DNA from: Octopus vulgaris
Taxonomy: Eukaryota
Direction: 5' to 3'
NCBI GenBank assembly: GCA_951406725.2
Contig: OX597815.1
Coordinates: 46,748,001-46,812,000, forward strand
Length of the DNA stretch: 64,000 nucleotides
This document shows positions 40,102 to 52,795 of this stretch, in pieces. Made by a program: the position numbers and the translations under genes. The notes below the pieces were generated by a model, which worked only from the letters and a program-made list of their open reading frames with translations, had not been told where the DNA came from and made no database searches. Every line of letters starts with the position of its first letter. The stretch's first letter is position 1.

Positions 40102-40620
40102 ATATACGAGTTAAACCAATGTTTATTGGCACTTCAACATGGCTGTTCTGTACGGAACTACGTTACTACCATTTTTTAAACTCCAGGAGGACATCTCCTC
40201 CAGCTAGTTAACAACACAACTTCTGCCCGATATATTACAACATGTGTCCAATATATTGCGAGCAAGGAGCGCACGAGCGAGTATAGAATATTTTTTTGAT
40301 ATGATTTGAAGTATTACTTTTTCATGTATAGTAAGTATTAAAAAGTATTATTATACCTGTGTTTGTTTTGATATTAAGATTGAAAAAAAAATGGCGTTGT
40401 TTGTAAGAAATTTTGGACCTGAGTTTGCATCCCCTAAGCAAATTACACCTTTATTTAAGCTAGTAAACTCTATATATCACTCCACATTTTCCCCCTCTCA
40501 TCCATTTCTGTCAAATAGTGTAGGCTAGAAGCGTCAAAGACTTTCCTCCCTATACATTAAACTAATACACCTACTTCTTCTCTCACCTGTCTTTGCCTTT
40601 TGCTTTCTGTACATTTGAAC

Positions 40621-40669
<49 letters not shown>

Positions 40670-41137
40670 GTATGTATGTATATCATCAGATGTTACGATT
40701 CATTGGGAGATATTACACAAAAGATAGTGTATTGCTTATATAAGCTGGATATCTTTTTCTAGTCATATCAGTTTCATGGCCCAGTGATCTTCAACCTAGC
40801 ATAATTATAAACAAGCGTTGCTTCCTATCTCTCTCTATCACAATCTCTCTCTCCCTCCCCTCCCCCTCTCCCCATCTCCTCTCTCGCTCCGTCCCTCTCT
40901 CTCTCTAACGCACACATACACGTGTTAAAAGCGTGTAGTGTCTATAGAAAGTGTACAGAAGTGTGCAGTTAACAGAAGAATCGACAGAAGATTCCATATC
41001 GAATGTGTAAATGCTGACAGTGACTAAACTCTAAGTGTGTAGAAATATATGGGATAGTTCAGTGTCTCAAGTCTTGTGTAGATGTATGTTCAATTTGTTG
41101 CATATATGTGGAAATATGCATTACGTGAGCGTTGTGA

Positions 41138-41740
41138 AGGCGCGTGGCTAAGTGGTTACGATATTCTGCTCACGACCCTACGGTCGTGAGTGTGATTCTC
41201 GGCGGTGCGTTGTGTCAAAATCTCTCGTGGAAGCGCCATCCAACCAAAATGCAAATATATGGGAAATTACCACCTGTGTCATCTCTTGTGAAAGGTAGGA
41301 GAGTCCAGTTTGCTGGACATTGTTGTAGAGCTGAAAAAGAAGTAATTTCTACTCTTCTCCTCTGGAAGCCATCTACTCGCAATACCAGAGGGCGCACACT
41401 CTCCTACCCTGATGTAATCTCCAGGGATACAGGCATCCAGCAACAGGACCTCCGTAATGCTATGATGGACCGTGAAGTTTGGCGTAACATAGTAAATTCC
41501 ATTGTCTCGACCACGGTCGAACAATGATGATGATGATGTGTCTGCGTAAGACACTTTATTTCACGTTGCTCCAGTTCACTCAGCTGGCAAAGATGAGTTG
41601 TACCTGTATTTCAAAGGGCCAGCATTGTCACATTTGGTGTCCCGCTCAATCTCCCTGGGAAATATATTAAAGCCACTTGCAAGCTGTTCCGTTGATCGGA
41701 GCAACTGGAACCTTCATTATTGTAACCGACAGAGCAGCAG
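41138..41740 (+). mobile_element. SINE family D interrupted by an RTE-type LINE fragment
   Basis: Flanks match the intact copy at 61496-61810. Confidence 0.8.
41217..41536 (+). mobile_element. 3' fragment of an RTE/RTEX-type LINE
   Basis: SWKRHPT..IYGKLPPVS..RRVQFAGHCCR..LLLWKP..AMMDREVWR, a (TGA)n tail, and TSD TGTGTC at 41211-41216 and 41537-41542. Confidence 0.88.
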
Positions 41741-41741
41741 T

Positions 41742-41821
<80 letters not shown>

Positions 41822-42099
41822 TGTGTGTGTTCTTGTTAATATTTACATCCATCGATCTATGCATTTACTTGTTTCTTCTCTAAGCAGTTGCTGATGACTG
41901 AGGTATATACATTTGCCCGGTAAGTCTAAGGTGTTAGGTCCTCAGGGTTTCTTGAGTATCAGGTCCTTCTTGAGCATCAGGTCCTCGGTGCTTCTTGAGT
42001 ACTTCACTCATTAATAGGTATATGTACATATGTGTGTCTGTATATAAACGAATTGATATGTGTATGTTTGCGTAGATGTTTTAGACCGAACGATGCCTG

Positions 42100-42270
42100 A
42101 AACAGCAAAAACTTTGAAGAATTCTATGCTGGAATGAAGGTATTGTAAGAGGTGGCCTTCGTTGCCAGATCTGTGCAAAAGAATGTTGGTCCCTAGCGGC
42201 ACTGAAAAGCTACATTTGTGCTGCTCATATTTAGGAGAACGATCAAGTGGTGACATTGCGTTCATACTCA
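42100..42270 (+). pseudogene. Decayed RTE 3' zinc-finger remnant
   Basis: CQICAKECWSLAALKSYI resembles the last finger of the RTE at 27137 (CQFCTRHCRSLAGLKSHI). Confidence 0.5.
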
Positions 42271-42982
42271 CCAAAAGTAAATATCAGTTTCCGTTCACCA
42301 TCGACAGAAAGAACGGAAAGCAGAATGAACAAAAGAACAAAAGAAAAAATAAAGAAGGAAAGAAAGAGTCAAAGAAGGAAAGAATGAATGACCAGAATGA
42401 CAGAAAAAAAACAAGAAGTAACGAAAGAAAGTAGAAAAGAAACAAAAAGCGATGTATATTATTGTCAAATTCAATCTCAGTTTTCCGACGTATTTCATTT
42501 CCACAAAGACGTGCCCCACTAAATTGCCAGTCATCACAGCACAAGAATTTATCTGCAAGCATATTGCTAGTTAGCATTTACTTAGATATTCCTTTTATGC
42601 CGGTGGTGTAGCTGAGTTGTTTATTCTCGTCTAAATAATTCTATTTGTGTATGCAAACAGATGCATAGTCTTGTACGGTTATTTAATGATTATTTCTTCT
42701 AAAACTACATTGACAAATACGGTGATGGCTATGCTTCGCAGATGAGGTCACAACAACATAGAAACATGTCTTAATGGTGGGGTATGTCTGTGCGGTTAAG
42801 AAGGCTGCTTTGCAACCACGTGCAATTTTGAAATCTGATGATTACTACGAACGTATGAAAGCGCAAATTGAACTTTACGGACATTACAAAATTTTTTTTA
42901 ATGTTAAAATACCATAACGAAAAGCGTGAAAACCAGACCATGTTTTAATCCTATTAAACTTACACATACATACATACATACA

Positions 42983-43061
<79 letters not shown>

Positions 43062-43334
43062 AGTACTTGGAGAAGAAGAACGGAACGAAACGAACGAATC
43101 GAATCGAATCGACGCGAGGGCGCTCAGTCATACAATAGTGTAATAAATAAAATATATGCATACATACATACATATATGTACGTACCTACACACACACACA
43201 CATCCCTAAAATGGAACAAGAACGCAACAGACCACAATAAAACATTCGGACGGATAGACGATGCGAAGACGGACAGGAAAAAACAAGGACGGGTTATTCG
43301 CAGCCTCCTCCCATTATTCAAGTTACCAAATTAA

Positions 43335-43614
43335 GTATTAAAACTCTACTCTTTCCAGCGCCGCCACGAGCGATACATCATTTGCACGATGTGGAGAATA
43401 TACCGCCTACATTGCCCAAACGACCTCAAAATTAGCTTCAAAATCCATCCAAGGCTAGGACCACGGGCCATAGTCCCCTACGCACACCAGGATCGCAACA
43501 CAAATACACAGAAACAATTTCTTTCCCTCAACAGGCTCTGGCCTATGTAACATTGTCCCAAAACAGATCAAAGAGGAAAAGGATCCCATCACGTTTAAAC
43601 GGAATCTGGACAAA
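43335..43614 (+). mobile_element. 3' fragment of a CR1/L2-group LINE
   Basis: Hand translation gives LYSFQRRHERYIICTMWRI...RLGPRA / NNFFPSTGSGLCNIVPKQIK..FKRNLDK, with one frameshift. Confidence 0.7.
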
Positions 43615-43655
43615 GTGTGTGTGTTTGCTGATGTATTTGCACCACACCGTTTGTC

Positions 43656-43870
43656 CGAGCTGGCAGAAACATTAGCACGTCGGGCGAAATGCGCAGCCGT
43701 ATTTCGTCTGCCGTTACGTTCTGAGTTCAAATTCCGCCGAGGTCGACTTTGCCTTTCATCCTTTCGGGGTCGATAAATTAAGTAACAGTTACGCACTGGG
43801 GTCGATGTAATCGACTTGATCCGTTTGTCTGTCCTTGTTTGTCCCCTTGTGGGCAGTAAAGAAACAGGTA
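43656..43870 (+). mobile_element. SINE family B
   Basis: Reverse complement of the 38430-38669 copy. Confidence 0.88.
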
Positions 43871-44066
43871 TTCGTTTGTTTACACCCCTGTAAAAAGTAT
43901 TTGAGTGAGATTGGTGGCTATTTCTGTTTAGTAGAAAGTGACCAGCATGAAACTTTCTCATTGGTTCTAGTACTGTTAGAAAAAAAAACACGCTTGGTTT
44001 CTCGTCACGATTTTGCTTCCTATTCGAAACCTCACCATACACAAAAGGCAAAAGCCCCGGCTTTCA

Positions 44067-44135
<69 letters not shown>

Positions 44136-44439
44136 CATATGAAAATACTCTACAGTCCTACTTTAGTAGCATACCCTTCACAGATATTTATAAATACACC
44201 AAGTGACATATGTTCCGATTATATAAAAAAAAAATGAAAGAAAGAAGAAAAACGATAAGGAAAAGAAAACCACTGATAAAGAAGAGAAGATTTGTTTATT
44301 TTACTGCTCTGTTGGTGACGGGTTCAAGCGGTCACCTCAGCAGCTTGTATTCCTCTGTTAGCAAAACTGATTGTTGTTTTTAGCTGAGGAATCTTGATGA
44401 GATAGTTTACAAATAAGACAAGCAGCCAAATTGACATTC

Positions 44440-44896
44440 TCACATCTTGTCTTCCTTTACTTCTCTCCTCTCTCTTCCTTTACTCTCTCTCTTCTCTCCT
44501 CCTTTACTCTCTCTCTCTCTTTCTCCCTTTCTTCACTTTGTTCTTTTCTTTTTTTCTCCCTTTCCTTCTTTCTTGTTTTCTTTTTCATTCTCACGGCCTC
44601 TTTCTTTTTCTCATATTTCTTACTATCCACGTCTTTCTTTCACTGTTTTTCTTTCATTCCCCTTTTACTCCTTTCATTTTGTCTTATTTAACACCTCCTT
44701 TCTTTCTTTCTTTCTTTCTTTCTTTCATTCTTTCTTTCCTTCTTTCTTTCTTTCTTTCTTTCCTTCTTTCTTTCTTTCCTTCTTTCTTTCTTTTATTTCT
44801 TTCTTTCTTTCTTTCTTGCTTTCTCATTCTTTTCATTCATTCATTCATACTTTCTTTCTTTCTTCCTTTTTCTTTCTGTCTTTCTTTCTTCTTTTT

Positions 44897-44932
<36 letters not shown>

Positions 44933-45110
44933 TCCCGCTCTATCTTCCGTTCGTTCATTCATTCATTCATTCATTCATTCATTCAATAACCCTTTCTTTG
45001 TTTCATTTTTTGTTTCTCTTTCTTTTTCTCTTTCTTTCTTTCGTTCTTTTCTTCTCGTTTCTCTCTCTTTTGTTCCACTAGTTTTCTCTTCCTTTTTTCA
45101 TCCATCTGTT
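44440..45110. repeat. Pyrimidine-rich (CTTT)n/(CATT)n low-complexity tract
   Basis: Read directly from the sequence. Confidence 0.92.
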
Positions 45111-45135
45111 TCTCTGTTGACGAAATATTGGCTGT

Positions 45136-45176
<41 letters not shown>

Positions 45177-45354
45177 ACACACACACAAAGTAATTAAATA
45201 GAGAGACATACATAATTTCTATATTCAATAGTCAATATATATGTGTAGTTACGGAATCTATTTTCAACATTTTATGCTATGTATATGTACGTATACATAC
45301 TTGCATGCATGCATGTATCTACTCAAGCATAATAAAAACGCATGTGTATGTATA

Positions 45355-45535
45355 TATATTTCTTTACTACCCACAAGGGGCTAAACACAGAGGGGAAAAC
45401 AAGGACAGACAAAGGAATTGAGTCGATTACATCGACCCCAGTGCGTAACTGGTACTTAATTAATCGACCCCGAAAGGATGAAAGGCAAAGTCGAGCACGG
45501 CGGAATTTGAACTCGGAACGTATCGTCAGACGATA
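45355..45535 (-). mobile_element. SINE family B, 5'-truncated
   Basis: Matches the tail and core of 38430-38669. Confidence 0.85.
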
Positions 45536-45573
45536 TGTGTGACTATATGCATGTATTTAAATATGTGAATGTT

Positions 45574-45604
<31 letters not shown>

Positions 45605-47240
45605 TAGTGTGTGTATTTGTGAGAGACTTGTATGTCCACATTTGTGCAGAGTCGGCATAAAACGTACATGACGCATGATGTGCGATCGCACGCGGCGAAA
45701 ATCATTGCTATGCGCATGCGCATACACGAACGTATGTGCGCGTATACGTACATATACATGTGTGTGTGTGTGTGCGTGTATATCATACATATACACACAA
45801 AATATGCATATAAGTTCGCGAACCAGTGAAACAATCTCTGTCTTAGTCTTCCACAATAATTTCATTCACATTTTGGGGGTATTTTTTCCAGTATTTATTA
45901 GACACTCCTCAATATTTGACTGGTACTTTCGTTTATCAGCTGCTAAAGGTTCAGTTGGCACCAGCGGAATTTGAACAAGCTCACTGGCTAATCGTGACAC
46001 CAGTACTTGTTCTGGCACTGTTTTTCTATATATCGCAGTCGCGGCGATGAAACGCTGCTATCTCTAGTGTTCATCATTGAGAAGATCAAACAAGGTCGAA
46101 ATCACGTGATATGGTGGTCTCAGCGGTGGAGATGGCGGGGTTTATCTCCCCGGTAGTGATATAAACAAGAGTGCATTTTACGCCAAAAGCCAATATGAGG
46201 GTTTCTCTCATGGCATCTACCGCAGTATAGTTTGTTCTAATAGAACATCCACGTTCAAGTTGGGATAAATATTACCTCTCAGAATGCAAAGTACTGTAAT
46301 GAAATACGGCTAAACATTTTGTCCGATACTGAAAGGAGTCTGTCAACCTACCACTAGAACTGCCTGTCTAATTACTCACAAAGTATCACACCTTATATCT
46401 TAAAATTGGATGAACATCTTTGCTACTAAAACCTTAGATATGTTAGATCATTATAAAGAGATGTGATGGTCGCGACCGGAGTGCACTTAATAATTTGAAA
46501 AGAACTACGATACGGTTAACCCTTTGGCTACCATATTTCTGCTTATAATTACCGCCTTTATTTTAATAAGTTTTGAAAATGTATTTATTAAGTTTACGAA
46601 ACTTATTGAATAAATTTTCAAAATTTATTTAAATAAAGACGGTAACTTTCAACTCAAATTTAGTAAAATAACGTTGCTGTTATTATTATTGAGTGAGAGA
46701 GCAGTGCATGCCATCAAAGTGACACGAGGGTAAAATATACGAAGTCCAGTATACCCATCATAACTACCCGTCTGATAAGGGTGTACTAGGCACATTCATC
46801 ACAACCATATGTGCGCGACATGGTGATCTCATATCAAGATAAACAGCACATGACCTTGCAGGTGGGGCCCAGTTAGAATTTTCTCCTGGTCAAGTAACCC
46901 ATCCCGTTCAAAAGGTCCCTGAATAAGGATTGCTTTAGGATGTTGAACGAAACATCCATGTTTCCAGAGGTAAATTATTCAAACCCCAAAGAATTATTCC
47001 CGACACATGGCTGATGCTCCCCACTACTTCTGCTCGTGATCAGAGATGCACATATCGTCAGCCACTAAGGGACATGCTCAACTGGTTAAGGTCAACAACT
47101 GACAAGCAAACCTGTGGTATTGAACAGAATATTTGCTGTAGCCCATCTTTTATACCAATACAAAACAATGTACATGCATCAGGGCATTTGCTATTATTAT
47201 TATTATTATTATTATTATCATCATTATTATTATTATTATT

Positions 47241-47273
<33 letters not shown>

Positions 47274-47295
47274 ATTATTGTTGTTGTTGTTGTTG

Positions 47296-47358
<63 letters not shown>

Positions 47359-47364
<6 letters not shown>

Positions 47365-47508
47365 TCACAGCCTGGAATCGAACTCAGAATCTTGGGGTTG
47401 GTAGCCTGCGCTCTTAACCACTACGCCATATGCCCACGGACATATGGAGTTGTGGTTAAGAGCGCGGGCTATTAACCCCATGATTCCGAGTTCAATTCCA
47501 GGCTGTGA

Positions 47509-47546
<38 letters not shown>

Positions 47547-47720
47547 GTAATAATAATAATAATAATAACATCAAAAATACCTTAGGAATGAAACCCAGTT
47601 TCAAAATTTCCCCAAGACACCTGATGAAGGCTGGAGGGTATATCAGCCGAAACACTGTGTTAACAACAAACAAGATGAGGACAAATATCCGTCAAATATA
47701 AATAATGTAAATAATGTACA
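47359..47720 (+). mobile_element. Palindromic tRNA-headed element with downstream hammerhead-like motif
   Basis: Arms 47359-47435 and 47438-47514 each carry A/B boxes (left arm on - strand: TGGCGTAGTGG..GTTCGATTCC). CTGATGA A GGCTG..CAGCC GAAAC lies at 47621-47653. Confidence 0.7.
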
Positions 47721-47888
47721 TATTTCCCCATCTTTTAAATATAGAATTGTTTTACACAAATTAATATGCAAAACAAAAAAGAAATTAAAAATTTTAAACA
47801 ATGAATGACGATGAGGGTCCACCAGAATAAAATAGCAAGGAAAAGGGTCCATAGATAAAAAAATTGTTTGAGAACCCCTGCTCTAGAT

Positions 47889-48815
47889 CAAGGGTCGCCA
47901 AAGGGGTTCCGAGGGACCCCCTAGGGGTCGGCGAGGAATTACAGGCAGTCGATGATAGCCAAAGGGTTGAATGGAGATCGGCATGCGAAACACCAGCTCA
48001 CCCAGATGAACTGCTTGAAATACTTAGTGCCATGAAACGGGAAAATATGATAAATTTTCACTGCAGTGAGAAGTCTGCTGTTCCTAATGTTTGAGGCCTG
48101 ATGTTGAAATCTGTATCGTAATCGAAGGTTGAGAGGCGTGACTGAGAGGATGCGGATTGTTAAGTGTGTACTTAGGAAAATGACTAGGTCGACCAAATCG
48201 ACCCCGGCACTTATTCTTTGTAAGCCCAGTACTTATTCTATCGGTCTCTTTTGCCGAACCGCTAAGTAACGGGGACGTAAACACACCAGCATCGGTTGTC
48301 AAGCAATGCTAAGGGGACAAACACAGACACACAAACATATACACACACACTTATATATATATATACATATATACGACAGGCTTCTTTCAGTTTCCGTCTA
48401 CCAAATCCACTCACAAGGCATTGGTCGGCCCGGGGCTATAGCAGAAGACACTTGCCCAAGATGCCACGCAGTGGGACTGAACCCGGAACCATGTGGTTGG
48501 TTAGCAAGCTACTTACCACACAGCCACGATGCGTTTTTCACATTTTCTAACCGTGAAAATTGAAAGTTTAATACTGTATGCTCGTACACGAAGTTTTAAA
48601 TGTAAAAAGTGTGTCATCTTCAGTAACATTTCTTAATTTGTCGTACATGAATATTTTAGCTAACATTTTATTTGCCAGCATCAGTACCCGGTACGCATTT
48701 AAGATATGGCACGGTAGGGTAGGGTATTAAGATATTTTAAATGAGGAGGGTGGTTGATGCGGAAGGAGAAAGTGGCTAAAGAGGGCCGATGGTCAAAAAA
48801 GTTTGGCGACCTCTG
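47889..48815. mobile_element. Non-autonomous hAT (Buster/Charlie-type) element with nested SINE
   Basis: TIRs CAAGGGTCGCCAAA / TTTGGCGACCTCTG (12/14). 8-bp TSD CTCTAGAT with central TA at 47881-47888 and 48816-48823. Confidence 0.9.
48188..48527 (-). mobile_element. SINE family A nested in the hAT element
   Basis: Near-identical to 12629-13018, with the 3' tail missing. Confidence 0.9.
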
Positions 48816-49315
48816 CTCTAGATAGTCACTAGAATTACTAGAAATATCAACCAAGACCCGTATAAAATTATATGCTTTTGTCTTAAAAAAAGAACCAACA
48901 AAACATGCAATGAGTAGACAGTCATCTTATTGACACCAGCAAAAGGAGAAAAACCGTTAAGACTGAACTTAGAATGCTATGGGATGTAACTAAATACTTA
49001 CAAAGCCATCTGTACATTCTGTCATTTACCCATTACTGAAGTGTCAAGCGCCGGAAGAAATGCTGCTAAACGTTTATGTCTTGACGTGCTAACGATTCTG
49101 CCAGTTCGCTGCCTATCATAGATAAATTAATTAACAAATTACAAGATTTAACTAATTGTTTCTTTTATAGAAATAAATCGTCAAGGAATAATGCTGTGAA
49201 TTTCGAAAAGTGCTCACGAGAACACTTCGTTATTTCTCCATAATGTAATTTTTTTAGTCATCATTTGTAATGATGAAATGTAGCCGCACACGCGCGCGCA
49301 CACACACACACACAG

Positions 49316-49377
<62 letters not shown>

Positions 49378-49639
49378 CAGAAAAAGAAAACACTTGTTTA
49401 CGGACGACATCTATAAAATTTCAAAAACGCTGAACATATGTTTATTATTACTTGATTGCCCTCACAATGGTTATTTGAAGGAATTGTTATCAACTATAAC
49501 AGAAGGATTCCTTATTCCTGCTGACCAATCCGTTATCATTTAAGATTTTATGTTATCAAGACAACAACAATAGGTGATGTGTGGCTGTTTATAACATGCT
49601 TTTGTGGAAAAAAATAAAAACAAGAACAATTATTTGAAA

Positions 49640-50065
49640 TTTTTGCCACAAGGGCAGCTTGGGGGAAGTGGAGATGAATCGATTATATCTACCCCAGTGT
49701 TCAACTAGTAATTATTTTATCGACCCCAAAAGGATGAAAGGCAAAGTCGACCTCGGCAGAATTTGAACTCAGAACAGACGAAATGCCGCTAAGCATCTTC
49801 CCCGGCGTGGTAATGAATCTGCCAGCACATCGCCTTCAAGACTTTGAATATTGGGTTTCAAATTTTGACACAAGGCCAGTAATTTCTGGGAAGGGAATAA
49901 GTCGATTACATTGACTTCAGTGCTAAACCGGTACTTATTTTGTCAACCCTGCAAGGATGAAAAGTAAAGTTGACTTCGGTGGAATTTGAACTCAGAACAT
50001 AAGGACTGACGAAATGCTGCTAAACATTTTGCCCGGAGTGCGACCGATTCTGCGAGTTCACTACC
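49640..50065 (-). mobile_element. Two adjacent older family B SINE copies
   Basis: The core GGATGAAA..AAAGT.GAC.TCGG..GAATTTGAACTCAGAAC occurs twice. Confidence 0.75.
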
Positions 50066-50234
50066 TTAGGAAGATTCTAAATATTGACATTTTCTTCCAC
50101 ATCATGCATCTGATGATGATGATGATAATGATGATGATGAAGATGATGATATGCATGCGTGTTTGTCTGTCTGTCTGTTTGTGTGTGTATGCATGCATGC
50201 ATGCATGTTTGTACGTATTATCTACCTGTCTGCA

Positions 50235-50285
<51 letters not shown>

Positions 50286-50679
50286 ACACATACACACATA
50301 CACACACATATATATATAACATGTGTCCGTGGTATGTATTTGAACAACATAGACAAATGCAGATATATCAGATTCCATACATTATATTATTGGTTCATTA
50401 AAATTACCATATGGCTATTGAAATCAGGTCCATAAGAGAGGAGGGGATAATCTGAAGAAAAAAAGATTATCTAAAGCTGATATGCCATCAGGGTATAGGA
50501 GAGGCTTAATGTCTGGAGATAAGAAGATACTCGTGGACACGTGTTTCTGCGTCAACACAACAGCTACTCTACCTTATCTTCAGTAGCCAAGACGCTTAGA
50601 CTTTTAAAATTGATATCCGCATCTAGGAAATGTATCACTATTACCAAAAAGCAATACCGGGTGTGTTCAATATATATTT

Positions 50680-50891
50680 ATATTTTACCTATTTCGGTCA
50701 TTAGACTGGCCATGGTGGGTCACCACGCTGAAGAATTTTCAGTCGAATGTAGCGATCCCAGGATTTATTTCTTTTTAAAGCCTTGTATTTATTCTATCAG
50801 TCCCTTTTGCCAAACTACTAAGTTACGGGGACATAAACACACCAGCAGCGGTTGTCAAGTGGTGGTGGTGTAGACAAATACAGACACAAAG

Positions 50892-50924
<33 letters not shown>

Positions 50925-51615
50925 CAACGAGCTTTTTTCAGTTTCCGTGTACCTATCAAATCCACTCACAAGGCTTTGGTTGGCTCGAGGTTATAGTAGA
51001 AGATAGTTGCCCTAGGTGCCATGCAGTGGGACTGAAACTGGAACTATGTGGTTGAGGAGCAAGCTTTCTTGTTTCAATTGAGGTGAGGTGGGTAACAACG
51101 AAGAGGTGCCCAAACAAAAAGAAAACAATATACACACCCAGGCCTATTCCCCATTTTTTTAGGGGTGGATAGCCACAACAAGACACATACCAGGCATTTC
51201 ATTCATTTCTCAGCTCAAATAAAACATTTTGAAGAACAACAGAGAAAAGAAAACAAACCTCTTCAAAAGTACATATCTTTTATTTGTTTCAGTCATTAGA
51301 CTCTGACCATACTGGGGCACCACCTTGAAGAATTTTAGTCGAATGAATCAACCCTGTTTCATATTTTTTAAAGCCTGGTGTTTATTCTATCCGAGTCTTT
51401 TGCCGGACCGCTACGTTACAAAGACGTAAACACACACATACACACAAATACATCTATACGCGCCAGGTTTCTTTCAGCTTCCGCCAACCAAATTCAATCA
51501 CAAGGCTTTGGTCGCTCCAACGCTATAGTAGAAAACACTTGTGCAAGGCGTCATGTAGTGAGATTGATCCTGTAATAACGTGGTTGGGAAGCGAACTTCT
51601 TACCACACTGCCACG
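50680..51615 (-). mobile_element. Two diverged family A SINE copies (50680-51070, 51275-51615)
   Basis: Tail, body and head segments are recognisable in both. Confidence 0.75.
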
Positions 51616-52320
51616 TAAATAAAAACAAAGCAAAAAAAAAAAAAACATCTAGAAAACTTGTTCCTTGCATTAGCGAGATAACTTGAAAGAATTTGAAAAC
51701 TTAATTCGCCAGGCGTTTGAAACAGCCATTGCCTGGCTCTTGGAGCCTTTACCGGAATCCGTTAAATTGCTGAAATCTCTCTGACCAGGCCTCCAGATTG
51801 GGATATAGCACAAGAGTTGTGATTTCTTCCATGCTTTCCCAAGCAATTCGCGGACAGAAAAAGAAAAAAAGAAACAAAAAAAAAGTAACAAACAAAACAA
51901 AAATAATCAGCAACAGACGTTGGTCCCTTTCTTCTCTAAGACATAAACAAAATATCAGGCAATTAAAAACAAACACACGGCGTAAGAATGCTATACATAA
52001 AACGATAACAAAATATCCACAAATGTCGGACGAACCATGTATAATTCGAGCGAATAATGGGACCAGTGTTATATTGTGGAAATACACTACTCCACAACAT
52101 ATCGAATTAAACTGAATGTAAACTATACCCAAACTAGAAACAAACCAATTATCAATAAACACATCAGACAGATGTAGTCGACACGAACAATACAAGATAA
52201 CGAAGTAGTTCAGTAACTGTTGTGTGTTCGTGTTTACGTTAGGTTTGTGTGTGAGTGTGTGTGGCTTTGAGGTTTGTAGTGTTGTTGTGTATGTGTGGTG
52301 TGTGTGATGGATATGTGTGA

Positions 52321-52353
<33 letters not shown>

Positions 52354-52395
52354 TGTATGTATGTATGTATGTATGTATGTATGTATGTTTGTATG

Positions 52396-52426
<31 letters not shown>

Positions 52427-52443
52427 GTATGTATGTATGCGTA

Positions 52444-52502
<59 letters not shown>

Positions 52503-52754
52503 ATATATATATATGTATGTATGTATACGTACATATATGTGTACATGTATTCGTACGAAAACATCTATGTATATATGTGTATAGGTGTGTGTGGGTTTTT
52601 ATGTGTGTAGGCGTAAGCGTGGCTGTGTATTAAGAAATTTACTTCCCAATCACATAGTTCTGAGTTCAGTAACACTGCGTGGTACCTTGGGCAAGTGTCT
52701 TCTACTAGTCCAAGCCTTGTAAGTGGATTTAGTGGATGGAAGCTGAAAGGAGCC

Positions 52755-52794
<40 letters not shown>

Positions 52795-52795
<1 letters not shown>

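Noticed and set aside
46020-46160. Acceptor-like site followed by a short open frame (RGDETLLSLVFIIEKIKQ)
   Set aside because: No good donor site, no recognisable homology and no partner exons.
47438-47514. Possible tRNA genes (also 1035, 59695 and 61496)
   Set aside because: A/B boxes are present, but no convincing cloverleaf could be folded and each continues into a repeat body, so they are SINE heads.
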